64,000 nt of DNA from an uncultured Candidatus Saccharibacteria bacterium (GCA_964405015.1 CAYOME010000001.1:77611-141610), one strand, 5' to 3'; shown: positions 31,326-41,304, counted from the stretch's first letter. Notes: generated from the letters alone by a model not told the origin. Numbers and translations are program-made.

Positions 31326-31778
31326 TTACTCCTTAAATAATCCTCTCCTTTGACCTTCTTCTACTCCATATCCAATTCTTACTTCAAGCCTAGAATCTAA
31401 CTGCTTTTTTAATTCTCTGTAGGAATCAATCATCATTTTATATTCAATAAAAGATATTTCTTCTTTTTTATCTTTAGCCTCCTTGAGGACTGTAATTAGT
31501 GCAGTTAACACTTGTATATTTTTCTCAAACAAGTCTAAGTATTGTTTTAAGAGAACATCCTCTGGGAAATCTTTTCGAGATTGTATTTTCTCTAAGCTTT
31601 GTTTACATACCAAAAGATCATTCAAACAATCTTCGGATTTATCCTCATTTTTATTAAGCATTAGTTGCAAAACGGATTTGTCTTTTTGGAAGTATACCCT
31701 ATCTATCTCATTAAAAATTTTGAATACCTGAAAAGAATCTACTATTGCTTGTGTGTAAGCCTCTTTATCGTCTGACAT
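31326..31778 (-). CDS. Hypothetical helical protein
   Basis: ORF; start placed at MSDDKEAY, downstream of the structured leader. Confidence 0.6.
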   Translation of the reverse strand: MSDDKEAYTQAIVDSFQVFKIFNEIDRVYFQKDKSVLQLMLNKNEDKSEDCLNDLLVCKQSLEKIQSRKDFPEDVLLKQYLDLFEKNIQVLTALITVLKEAKDKKEEISFIEYKMMIDSYRELKKQLDSRLEVRIGYGVEEGQRRGLFKE

Positions 31779-31811
31779 ATAAACTTCTGACCAAGTTATA
31801 TATAAATTGTT

Positions 31812-31978
31812 TGTGAGTATTTGAGACAAGTGGTCTCCCGCTCACAGGTAGGTATCGCTACTCTACCTACTAGGGTTTCCCCTAGTAACCAGGTCAGTGA
31901 TTGCAAGACGGAAGACCGCCTATAACACTGACCTGGATTTAATTTTCTTTACCATGCCTAATAAATAGGTTTAGGTAA
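31812..31978 (-). ncRNA. Unassigned structured leader RNA
   Basis: 11-bp perfect stem CCAGGTCAGTG/CACTGACCTGG; ACTAGGG-GAAA-CCCTAGT; GGTAG(A)GTA-GCGA-TACCTACC; TGTGAG/CTCACA enclosing GAGAC/GTCTC. The GNRA loops read on the minus strand. Confidence 0.7.
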
Positions 31979-32023
31979 CTAAGATAATATTATTATGAGT
32001 TTGATAATTTTACAAATGCATAA

Positions 32024-33901
32024 TTAGAATCTATATACAATGTTCTTTTTTGCCTTTCTTTGACCACTGAAATCAAGAAGCATTTTTTCGAAATTCTCAT
32101 TACTTTCTTTTAACTTTTTTTGTTTTTTATCATAATAAAGAGTATCTTCAACAAACCCTTTAATTTCACTTGATACTAACTTAGTTGTGTCTTGAGGACA
32201 AACAGACAACAATTCTAATAGCATAGAAAATACTAAATTACTGACAAAGAAATAATATGGTATTAACTCGTTATTAAAACCTACTTCTAAATGATCCGCT
32301 CCGTTGTGTATAATCTTTGAGCGATATGAATAAGCTTTGCTATATCTTTTATTAAAATTCTGAAAATTTAAGCCTAAAGACTTAATTATTTTAGAATGAT
32401 TTTTAAAGAGCTCTTTATTTTGATAATTTATTGAATGTTCGTATTCTAAAGCATTACGCATATTTGAATTTTTAAATTCAGGAACTTTGTTGATTATCTC
32501 AATTATCTTTTTAAACTCTAGGTCTCCTTCGCCTTTTCTCCTAGAAGGAGTAAAATATGCTCCGAGTTTATCTATAATTCCCCACAGCTCTACGTAGGAG
32601 GATGCTAAAGAATGGGGTTGCTTAGAATCACGGTAATCCCTCAACAAGCCTTTTATGAAAAGCCTGAAGTTCTTACCTTTTCTATGAAGATTTGTTATTG
32701 ATGGATTTAGATATTTTGCATACTCAAAACTATACAACGAATTATAGGATCTTCCTTTATGACTATTATAAATGTAATTCCTCTCTGAAAAAATCGCGTT
32801 TCTATTAAATAACGATAAAATCAAAGATATCTCTTCAAGAAATTCTAACGGTTGTTCAACTTTTTGGGAATTTAATTCTAATGTATGTGTCCAAATCATT
32901 CTCCCCTCCGATGGAGGAAATATTTCCTCTTTAATCTCAGCTGGAATCCCAAGGGAGATATCTACAGATCTCTTAGAGGTCTTAGTCGGTTTATAAAAAA
33001 ATCTCATATCTTGATCATAAGTGAGATTCTTAACAATCCTAAATCGAGATGCGGAGATATAAGGAAAGCCATCGATCTCAAAGTTGTAAAGTTTATATAG
33101 CAATATTTTACTTTTCGAATCAAGACCTCTATCCTTTATATTTATTAGCAATCCAGTTGACAAATCAGACTTTAAAAAAGTATCTTTTATAGAGATAAAT
33201 CCACCTTTGTATGAATACCTTTCTTCCAATAATTTTAACAACCTTTCTGAAAATATATAGAATTCACCTAAAAATATGTTAACAGCTTTGAAAAGTTCAG
33301 GAATAGGTGAATTGTCTCTTGGTATAATACTAATCTTTTTCGTTCCATCTTCTTCTATAGATGTTTGCGCTTTTGTCATGTTTAAATACCCTTTTTGAAA
33401 CCTGTTCAACAAAATTTGTATTTGCTGTTGATTCTCAGTTAACAGAAAAAGCTTCAAGTATTCTGCAATTGTTGTATCTCTTAGCGCTAGCTCGTTAATA
33501 ATCTCTTCAACCTGAATTTCTTCATCTTTGACACCCAAATCAAAGAAATAAGCAATAAAATTTAACATACTATATTTTATTGTGTAAATGTGGTTGATCA
33601 GATCTAACAAAAGGAAACCTTTGACGAAGTCTTTGCTATACATCTCATTAGAAAGGGGTAGTTCGCCATTTATATGTTTAACTGAAAAATTCAAATCTTT
33701 TATTCGATCACGTAAATAAATAATTCTTTGTAGAGAGGCTTGATTACGAACAAACTTGTTAATGTTTAGTTTTTCATGAATGCTAACTCCTGAATTTAAT
33801 GGATCCTCTGTTGCAAACTGCGATACAGTAGATTGTATCTTATCCCATATTTCTAATATTTTTTCCGGATCTTCTGTAACACTTAGTTTATTATGTTCCA
33901 A
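32024..33901 (-). CDS. Putative HEPN-domain (ApeA-like) protein
   Basis: C-terminal YSYRSKIIHNG (RxxxxH); the helical N-terminal region may be a second, degenerate HEPN-like domain. Confidence 0.6.
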   Translation of the reverse strand: MEHNKLSVTEDPEKILEIWDKIQSTVSQFATEDPLNSGVSIHEKLNINKFVRNQASLQRIIYLRDRIKDLNFSVKHINGELPLSNEMYSKDFVKGFLLLDLINHIYTIKYSMLNFIAYFFDLGVKDEEIQVEEIINELALRDTTIAEYLKLFLLTENQQQIQILLNRFQKGYLNMTKAQTSIEEDGTKKISIIPRDNSPIPELFKAVNIFLGEFYIFSERLLKLLEERYSYKGGFISIKDTFLKSDLSTGLLINIKDRGLDSKSKILLYKLYNFEIDGFPYISASRFRIVKNLTYDQDMRFFYKPTKTSKRSVDISLGIPAEIKEEIFPPSEGRMIWTHTLELNSQKVEQPLEFLEEISLILSLFNRNAIFSERNYIYNSHKGRSYNSLYSFEYAKYLNPSITNLHRKGKNFRLFIKGLLRDYRDSKQPHSLASSYVELWGIIDKLGAYFTPSRRKGEGDLEFKKIIEIINKVPEFKNSNMRNALEYEHSINYQNKELFKNHSKIIKSLGLNFQNFNKRYSKAYSYRSKIIHNGADHLEVGFNNELIPYYFFVSNLVFSMLLELLSVCPQDTTKLVSSEIKGFVEDTLYYDKKQKKLKESNENFEKMLLDFSGQRKAKKNIVYRF

Positions 33902-33922
33902 TGCTTAATTATTATGTTAATT

Positions 33923-34597
33923 TTATTCTGAATTTTCTGGCCATAATTTTGGCATAGATTCAGGAGCACGAATTTGCCAAAATGTATTCGGAATACTAAG
34001 ATTCTTATCATCGTCTTCATGATAAAAAGTGATATTTTTATAGGGATCAAATGCATTAAGTCCATATTGAGAACATAGCAATATTCCAAGCGCAGCAACA
34101 GAGAACACTGCATTTTCCAGGTTCGCCCAATAAAATTTAGAGTCTCTATTATGTTTTACTTGATTATATACATAATACCAGTCTAACCATTCTCCATTAT
34201 CGCAGAACTTCCAAACATCAGAATATCCTGAACAGCTCTGCCATGTCATATAAGGAGATAAATTCGCACCATATTGTCCTTCTATTTTCCAATCAGCTAA
34301 AAGGGGAGAATAAAAACAATAATCATAAAGCTCGAGTTTATTTGCTGATTTAAAATAAGTTTCAATATTGGAATTCTTTATCTCTTCATCAGTTGAATTA
34401 TTCTTCTTTAATATCTGGCGAGAAACATTTTCAAATTCAGTCCCACATCTGAGAATTATTTCATAAAAACGATGAGAGTAGGTTTGCTTGTTTTGATCAA
34501 CAGGTTCTATATAATCAAAAGTTTTTAAAAGGTCACTCTCTAAAAGGTTGTATGCTTTGCAATTAGAAAACCTTCTATCCACTTCCAGTCTATTCAT
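33923..34597 (-). CDS. Hypothetical protein, HEPN-like
   Basis: LESDL..YIEP..N..TYS..GTEFE and WYYVYNQVKHNR...ANLEN. Confidence 0.55.
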   Translation of the reverse strand: MNRLEVDRRFSNCKAYNLLESDLLKTFDYIEPVDQNKQTYSHRFYEIILRCGTEFENVSRQILKKNNSTDEEIKNSNIETYFKSANKLELYDYCFYSPLLADWKIEGQYGANLSPYMTWQSCSGYSDVWKFCDNGEWLDWYYVYNQVKHNRDSKFYWANLENAVFSVAALGILLCSQYGLNAFDPYKNITFYHEDDDKNLSIPNTFWQIRAPESMPKLWPENSE

Positions 34598-34636
34598 GGC
34601 CTTTTATTACATTAATTTAGTCATCCATTACGTTAA

Positions 34637-37600
34637 TTAGAAAGCCACAGTGTCAATTTCTTTGATTATTTTATCAGTTTCTCTAAGAACTATTGTTATC
34701 ATGGAATAGTGTTCAATATCATCAGGACTTAATTCTCTCCCTTTCCTATCCATCAACCATTTCTGAGCTGGTTGATATCCACCTATATAGAAATTCCAAG
34801 CTACTTCGGATACATTTCCGAAACATTGAGTAGAGTTGACATATATCTTTCCATCCTCAAACTTTGTCCTTTCAACAACATTATTTCCTTCTCCTAGGTA
34901 TGATACCTCGTATGGGTCTATATTCTTGTGTTCGAGTAGATGATATTTGATAAGTTCATTTCCTAATTTAGTCAATTTATCAAATGTCTCCCGGTCTTTA
35001 GGATATGGAATTCTAGGATAATCAATTTTTAAAAATTCTTGAAATTTCTCTCTATATTTTGAACTATTAAGAACAGCGTAAGTATACCTAAGAATCTCTT
35101 CTGGAGTTATTTTGCCAATGTGAGACTCTATCTTTTCAATGATACCTTCGTTTAAGTTAGCTTTCCTCACATCTTCACCCTCGGTAAAAGTATAGAGTGG
35201 AAATATTTGCTCTGCACCTTGCATACCTGGCCGAGACCAATATCTTCTGTCGACAATTCGATTAGAGATAAAACAAGGGGAGCTTCGAGATTCGTCAAAA
35301 CCTCTTTTCACAATAAGACCTACATTATTTCTCAACATATACTTCATAACGTTATATCTGCCATTGCATACAAAGCCATTCTGTTTACCGGTATAGAAGG
35401 TCTTACGAATATCAAAGGGTCTATATAAGATATCAACAAAATTAGTATATTCACCGATATTTTGAAGGATGTCTGCCTTTGCTCTGTTGATTTTCCAATC
35501 TCGTGAATCCTTCGTTTTATATTTTAAGGCAATTTCGTTTTCCGACAGATCGGCAAAATCATCAACAACATTCCGGATTTCTTGATCTGTAAATTGAATT
35601 GCTATCGAATCCCTAACAGTTTCAACACCAGAGACAGATTGAATAAATAAACCATCTATAGGAATATATTCATCGTAAATTGACTTATTCGTAAAATCTT
35701 TTTTAACAAAATAAAAATTTGGTTTAGTATAGTCAAGCTTAGAATACTCAATCTTATCAAATTCATTTGATAATCCCTCAAATTTCTTTTTTCTCAATCC
35801 AAATAGATCTTTATGATAAACACTTGCTAAGTTTGTTTTATCATTTCCAACTTTAACAAAAATGTTAATAGAAACACCTTGTTGGATATCAAAAACATTC
35901 TCATCCCTTGAACCATCTGGTGCAACTTCCTTCTTTTTTGAGTTTCCATGCAAGTCTAGTATATAAATATTATCAAATGTCTCTAAAAGGTGCTTTCGCA
36001 TTTGCCTATGGGTGATACCATCCAAAAATGAATTATTTGTAATCATTGCCACAATTCCACTACCATTCTTCTCAACTAATGATTCTGCAAACCTTATAAA
36101 CTTTATATAATCATCATCTAGATTTATTTTTTTCTCATTTAAATCTTGTTTGTATACTTTAATTAAATTCTGAATCCAATCTCCTTTATTTTGTGAACTA
36201 ACACTATATGGAGGGTTTCCTAATATAACCATTATGGGTTTGTCTTTTTTAATCTCAGAAGCTTCTTTAGACTCTTGAGATATACTATCAGCTAAACCAA
36301 AGCCTTCGAACATATCACCAATTGTGTTTCCTTCTTCCAGAGAATTAGTTAGGTAGATTCCTAATCTTCTGTTGTTAAAGTATTTGAAACCCATTTCTTT
36401 TAACAACATACTCATCTTCAGATGAGCAATGGTATATGGAGCAATCATTATTTCAAATCCAAATAACCTCGGAAGAACTTCATGTAATACATAGCTTCCC
36501 CAATTTCCAGCTTGTTTTTGTCTTCTCTCGTGTATTATCTTGATAACTTCCGTTAAAAAAGTTCCTGTTCCTGTAGCAGGGTCTAATACTTGAACTACAT
36601 GTCCTTTTTCATTCTTGGAGCTGTTCGCAAGTCCTCCTGTGAGCTTAAAATCATGTTCTAGTATATGGTCTACACTTTTTACAATGAATTGAACAACTGG
36701 AAGTGGGGTATAGTAAGCTCCAAATTCTTTTCTCTTCTTACTATCATACTCTTGTAGAAAATCCTCATAGAAGTGTATTACAGGGTCTTTAGATCCTTTC
36801 TCCGTGCCGTAATAATTACTGATGAGTTTAGAGATATCTGAATGAGAAAATACTCTACAAAGCTCATCAACGATACTATCCAATCTGTCATCAAAATCAG
36901 CTCCTGCTATATGGTCGAAGAAATGTCTTAGTAGTGGGTTTGAAGCTGGAACTAAATCCCTAGCTTCTGACCTAGTAAAAGTATCAGGAGATGTATCGTG
37001 GAATCTTGCAACAAACAAGCCGTAGACTAGAGTTTGTGCATACATGTCTGCGAAATCATCGGTTGACATATCATGTATGAGTTGTCTTTTCATGGTCTCG
37101 TAGACTTTATAGATACTTCGCTTCTCTTTTTCAGGACTATTAAGCATCTCTCTTGCATTCTCTCTAATACGATATGCTTTTCCACCCATTATCTTAGCCA
37201 GATGAGAACCAGATTTAATTGCTTCTTTATGAGATTCCGTAAATTGGATTAATGTTTTTCTTAATAGCTCAAAGTTTTCTGGATTGTATGATAGGGTTCT
37301 TTCTTTTTTATCGTATGAAGCAATAGAAATAGGCTCAACGTATTTAATTCCGTTCCTGTAGAATCTAAATTCTAAATAATCTGTTAATATGAGATTGTCA
37401 TATCCATAATATCGCGTAAGTTGTTCAGATTTCTCAATCTTATCAAGTGATACTCCAATATCTTTTACTTCTACATAAAGTAGGGGAACACTTCCTTTTG
37501 ATAAAACAAAGTCTGGCTTATTACCACCTACAGCCTTTCCATCGTGATCAATGTTTGTAACTTTTATTTCGCTAAATATTTCTTTTAGAAAGTTTTCGAA

Positions 37601-37708
37601 TGGTGTCCGGTATCCATATTCCGATGTTTGTGTTTGTGAATACTTTTCAGATACTTCGTTTAAGTAGCGATTCAATATCTCGTAGGTTGTTTTTAAAGTT
37701 GTATCCAT
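34637..37708 (-). CDS. Fused restriction-modification enzyme (type IIG/ISP-like, N6-adenine MTase, no helicase)
   Basis: KPDF..YVEVK nuclease, GAYYTP, LDPATGTGTF, GNPPY, C-terminal DYPRIP..IGGYQPAQKWL. Confidence 0.9.
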   Translation of the reverse strand: MDTTLKTTYEILNRYLNEVSEKYSQTQTSEYGYRTPFENFLKEIFSEIKVTNIDHDGKAVGGNKPDFVLSKGSVPLLYVEVKDIGVSLDKIEKSEQLTRYYGYDNLILTDYLEFRFYRNGIKYVEPISIASYDKKERTLSYNPENFELLRKTLIQFTESHKEAIKSGSHLAKIMGGKAYRIRENAREMLNSPEKEKRSIYKVYETMKRQLIHDMSTDDFADMYAQTLVYGLFVARFHDTSPDTFTRSEARDLVPASNPLLRHFFDHIAGADFDDRLDSIVDELCRVFSHSDISKLISNYYGTEKGSKDPVIHFYEDFLQEYDSKKRKEFGAYYTPLPVVQFIVKSVDHILEHDFKLTGGLANSSKNEKGHVVQVLDPATGTGTFLTEVIKIIHERRQKQAGNWGSYVLHEVLPRLFGFEIMIAPYTIAHLKMSMLLKEMGFKYFNNRRLGIYLTNSLEEGNTIGDMFEGFGLADSISQESKEASEIKKDKPIMVILGNPPYSVSSQNKGDWIQNLIKVYKQDLNEKKINLDDDYIKFIRFAESLVEKNGSGIVAMITNNSFLDGITHRQMRKHLLETFDNIYILDLHGNSKKKEVAPDGSRDENVFDIQQGVSINIFVKVGNDKTNLASVYHKDLFGLRKKKFEGLSNEFDKIEYSKLDYTKPNFYFVKKDFTNKSIYDEYIPIDGLFIQSVSGVETVRDSIAIQFTDQEIRNVVDDFADLSENEIALKYKTKDSRDWKINRAKADILQNIGEYTNFVDILYRPFDIRKTFYTGKQNGFVCNGRYNVMKYMLRNNVGLIVKRGFDESRSSPCFISNRIVDRRYWSRPGMQGAEQIFPLYTFTEGEDVRKANLNEGIIEKIESHIGKITPEEILRYTYAVLNSSKYREKFQEFLKIDYPRIPYPKDRETFDKLTKLGNELIKYHLLEHKNIDPYEVSYLGEGNNVVERTKFEDGKIYVNSTQCFGNVSEVAWNFYIGGYQPAQKWLMDRKGRELSPDDIEHYSMITIVLRETDKIIKEIDTVAF

Positions 37709-37782
37709 ATACTGTATCTGCTTAGTCTCGATAGACGTTACTCATCTGACCCATTATACTTCGAAATCGTCTCTATTTAAAA

Positions 37783-38250
37783 CTAATATTTTTTATATGT
37801 CGTTATGGTTATATCTGTCTTCTCAATTTCTATAGTTTCAACCATATCACATTTAATACCGTATGCCTTCTTTATACGGTTCACTTCTTCTTTTTGAGTT
37901 TTCCTTCTAGTTATCTTTTTAATAACCTTGATAGGTTCTGCAATCGCAAACTCGACAAGCTTTTCAATTAAGATTCCCTTCACCAGATCAGGAATACCCT
38001 CCCAAATGTTGAGTATTATTTCTTGAATAGATGCTCCAGCACCTCTTTCTTCATGTATGTATCTTCTCTCAACTACATAATAAGAGTTCGTTAATTCAAA
38101 GCCCTCACGCGACTCTAAATACTCTTCGAGGGCATTAAAATCAAATTGATCAGGTAGGTCAACTTCAATTACCTCGACAAGCTCTCCTTCCCCGGGGTTA
38201 TCATCAGTCCTAAGATATCTCTTAATAATGAAATTGTTGATATCACTCAT
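37783..38250 (-). CDS. Hypothetical protein
   Basis: 155-aa ORF co-oriented with the R-M gene. Confidence 0.6.
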   Translation of the reverse strand: MSDINNFIIKRYLRTDDNPGEGELVEVIEVDLPDQFDFNALEEYLESREGFELTNSYYVVERRYIHEERGAGASIQEIILNIWEGIPDLVKGILIEKLVEFAIAEPIKVIKKITRRKTQKEEVNRIKKAYGIKCDMVETIEIEKTDITITTYKKY

Positions 38251-38393
38251 TAAGTTTGAGGGAACTTAAGTTATTTATGTATTGTATACGAAAGCTTCAC
38301 TTTGTTAAACTCCATAGAAGCATGTTCAACTAATACAAATTTCACCCTTTAGAATATTATGTTCACAACAAATCCTCCTAACATAGAAGGATA

Positions 38394-38544
38394 TTAAAAT
38401 TTATAATCTATAAAATACTTTACTTCACTATTCAGATCTTTAGATAAGATATCATTTAGCTGTTTTATAGCCTTCTTGAAGTTCTCTACTGTCAGTTTAG
38501 ACAGTAATTCAAAATGTTCACGTTGATAGATCTTCTCCACCCCA
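38394..38544 (-). other. Detached C-terminal segment of recombinase 2 (distal att junction)
   Basis: From the core, in the recombinase-2 frame (T-GGG-GTG): GVEKIYQREHFELLSKLTVENFKKAIKQLNDILSKDLNSEVKYFIDYKF*. Confidence 0.72.
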
Positions 38545-38607
38545 TATCCTAATATCTCAACCTCTGTATATATAGTATAATTTCTTTATAAACTATATCT
38601 CAATCAT

Positions 38608-39249
38608 ATGAATGTACAATTAAGAGAAAGACTGATTAATATAACCAAAGAAAAAATAAGATCTGATGATCCCTCCCATGACATTCTTCACATATTAAGA
38701 GTTCTTGCAAATGCTGAATATATCGCAAACAAGGAGGGGGGAGACTTAGATATTGTAATACCTGGAGCATTATTCCATGATTTAATCTGTTACGATAAAA
38801 ACGACCCAAGAGACAAATATTCAATAAGTGAAAGTGCAGAAATGGCAAGTAAAATACTTAAAGAGATAGAAGAATATCCAAAAGAGAAAATAAAGAAAGT
38901 TCAAAGTGCAATATTATCTACATCATTCACCCATGGCAAAGAAACTGAGAATTTAGAAGATGAAATAGTACAAGCTTCTGATATGCTTGAAGCTGTAGGA
39001 GCTATTTCAATTATGAGAACATTCTCCTCTGGAGGAAAAATGAATAGAAAATTCTATGATATCACTGACCCATTTGGAGAAAGAAGGAATTTTGATGATA
39101 TGAAATATTCTATTGATCTTTTTTATACAAGACTATTGAAAATAAAGGATAGAATAAAAACTAACACTGCAAAGGAAATTGCTGAAAGAAGAACTAAGAT
39201 TGTTATAGAATTTTTAGAAGAATTTAAGAGAGAATTAAAGGGAGAATAA
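38608..39249 (+). CDS. HD-domain phosphohydrolase (YedJ-like)
   Basis: SHDILHILRV, LFHDL, ASDMLEAVGAISIMR. Confidence 0.9.
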   Translation: MNVQLRERLINITKEKIRSDDPSHDILHILRVLANAEYIANKEGGDLDIVIPGALFHDLICYDKNDPRDKYSISESAEMASKILKEIEEYPKEKIKKVQSAILSTSFTHGKETENLEDEIVQASDMLEAVGAISIMRTFSSGGKMNRKFYDITDPFGERRNFDDMKYSIDLFYTRLLKIKDRIKTNTAKEIAERRTKIVIEFLEEFKRELKGE

Positions 39250-39285
39250 CTCTATACGTTTTTAAAGAATTTGATATATTAGACT

Positions 39286-39828
39286 ATGCATCCAATACAA
39301 GCCCTTTTATTATTTTTCTCTCTTCTCATCATTCTATTATTCTCACTCATGCTAAGGAGACCCAAGGATAATCAAAAAGAAGAGAGACGAATGAAAAGTG
39401 GATTTTACTTAGATGAAGAAAGAATTAAGAAAATACTTGCAACACAAAATAAGAAAGGAGAAGGTGTTATTATACACCATGAAGATGAACCCTCTTTGCA
39501 ATTATGTTATCGAGAAGCAATAGAATACTCAGGAGAAAAATGTATATCCGTAATTGATGCATATGAGTTATTTGACCTTTTGTCACATCAAAAATGTAAA
39601 CTCCTAATAACAGGTATGTTACAAAACAGAGTAAATGGGTTAGAGGTAATCGATATTGTTAGAAATACACTTAAATTAAAAGTCCCGATATTAGTACTTT
39701 CAAACGTATCTGCAGAGTTAATGATAAAAGATGCATTCGAGCTAGGAGCAGATGTATATTTAGTAAAAACAGATATTAAAACAATTGAAGATTTAATGAC
39801 ACCAATTTATAAACTTATCAAGAAATAA
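39286..39828 (+). CDS. Membrane-anchored receiver-like protein, probable pseudo-receiver
   Basis: N-terminal TM helix; NGLEVI..VPILVLS..AFELGADVYLVK; LLITG at the phospho-Asp position. Confidence 0.7.
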   Translation: MHPIQALLLFFSLLIILLFSLMLRRPKDNQKEERRMKSGFYLDEERIKKILATQNKKGEGVIIHHEDEPSLQLCYREAIEYSGEKCISVIDAYELFDLLSHQKCKLLITGMLQNRVNGLEVIDIVRNTLKLKVPILVLSNVSAELMIKDAFELGADVYLVKTDIKTIEDLMTPIYKLIKK

Positions 39829-39891
39829 TCCTATTACTAACTCCTTAATCTGATATAATCAGTTCAAGAGATATTTTAAAAACTTGTTAGA

Positions 39892-41301
39892 ATGCAAATG
39901 CTTTCTTTACAATTCCTCCTCTTTTTAATACTAGTATTACCCATAACAATCATCTTCAAATGGAAAAGGAAATATCTACCAATATGGATATTAATAATCT
40001 CTCTGATCTTTTACTACCTAGCAGGACCTAATTACTTAGTACTAACAATATCTTCAATATTAATAAATTACATATTTAATATATTAATATCTAAAGGAGA
40101 CAAAAGATCGAAGATATTCTTTGTAATATCGATAATCTTGAATGTACTCTTCTTAAGTACATTTAAATATTGGAAAGTAGTATTAGATGAGATACTAATA
40201 CTAAACAGTACATACAAATGGGATATGAACATACCACAAATAGAGTTGATAATACCTTTAGGTTTGTCATATTACACATTTAAACAAATAGCTCATTTAG
40301 TAGATGTATATAGAGGTACAATACAAAAGATAAATTTCTTTAAATATGCATCCTACATACTCTTCTTCCCAGAAATAATATCAGGACCAATTACAAAACC
40401 ACTCGAATACTACTCACAACTACATACACACGAAAACAACAAAATAGAAGTAGGTGAGGTTGGTAAGTTACTAATATCCTCTATTATAAAAAAATGGGTA
40501 ATAGCTAGTTACCTATATATGTATGTAGAAGGACCATTTAGAACACCTGAAATGTATAGCAGTATTGATTTAATAATTTCAATGTTTGCATACTCCACAA
40601 TGATATATTGTGACTTTAGTGGGTATACTGATCTAGCAATATTAGTAAGTAAATTACTAGGATTTAAATCAACTGAAAACTTTAATTCACCATACAGTGC
40701 AACTAACATTAAAGACTTCTGGTCTAGATGGCATATATCCCTCTCTAGTTGGTTAAAAACATATGTATATATATCATTGGGTGGAAATAGAAAGGGTATA
40801 TTAAGAAAATATCTCAATATTTTTTTAACAATGATAGTTAGTGGACTATGGCATGGAGCAGGATTAACATATTTAATATGGGGTCTAATACATGCCGTTG
40901 GTACGGTATTCTCACATATATTTGGAGATATTAAGAGGGTTAGAGAGAATAGTATATTTTCTAAAATATTATCTCTTGTAGGATGGATATTAACAACATT
41001 ACTAGTATCATTTGCATGGATATTCTTTAATGCAGATACCACAACAACAGCTACAACCTTTATTAATGGAATATTTACCTCCTCAATAGATCAACACAGA
41101 CTACTTAATGCATCAATAATTTTAGTAATATCCTTCGTATATATTTCCAATCTACTTAGAGGTAAGATTGGATTAATATTCGAGAAGATCTTAAACAAAC
41201 AAAAGACATATATTGCATACATATTAATAGTAATATTCACATTACTTGCACTCTCCTTAGGTCCTGAAACTGTCCCCCCATTTATATATTTTAACTTTTA
41301 A
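39892..41301 (+). CDS. MBOAT O-acyltransferase (AlgI/PatA family)
   Basis: PLGLSYYTF, DFSGYTDLA, ENFNSPY, FWSRWHISLS, SGLWHGA, PFIYFNF. Confidence 0.95.
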   Translation: MQMLSLQFLLFLILVLPITIIFKWKRKYLPIWILIISLIFYYLAGPNYLVLTISSILINYIFNILISKGDKRSKIFFVISIILNVLFLSTFKYWKVVLDEILILNSTYKWDMNIPQIELIIPLGLSYYTFKQIAHLVDVYRGTIQKINFFKYASYILFFPEIISGPITKPLEYYSQLHTHENNKIEVGEVGKLLISSIIKKWVIASYLYMYVEGPFRTPEMYSSIDLIISMFAYSTMIYCDFSGYTDLAILVSKLLGFKSTENFNSPYSATNIKDFWSRWHISLSSWLKTYVYISLGGNRKGILRKYLNIFLTMIVSGLWHGAGLTYLIWGLIHAVGTVFSHIFGDIKRVRENSIFSKILSLVGWILTTLLVSFAWIFFNADTTTTATTFINGIFTSSIDQHRLLNASIILVISFVYISNLLRGKIGLIFEKILNKQKTYIAYILIVIFTLLALSLGPETVPPFIYFNF

Positions 41302-41304
41302 TAT

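Larger units (their letters stand above)
25947..38544. mobile_element. Integrative element 2 (~12.6 kb), tandem with element 1
   Basis: ACCCCA at 25941-25946 and CCACCCCA at 38537-38544 (identical to the last 8 nt of tRNA-His); serine recombinase at the left end, defence-type cargo, host-like genes resume afterwards. Confidence 0.82.

Noticed and set aside
31812-31936. Hairpin cluster read as retron msr-msd, DGR or CRISPR
   Set aside because: No reverse transcriptase, cas gene or repeat-spacer periodicity was seen in the window
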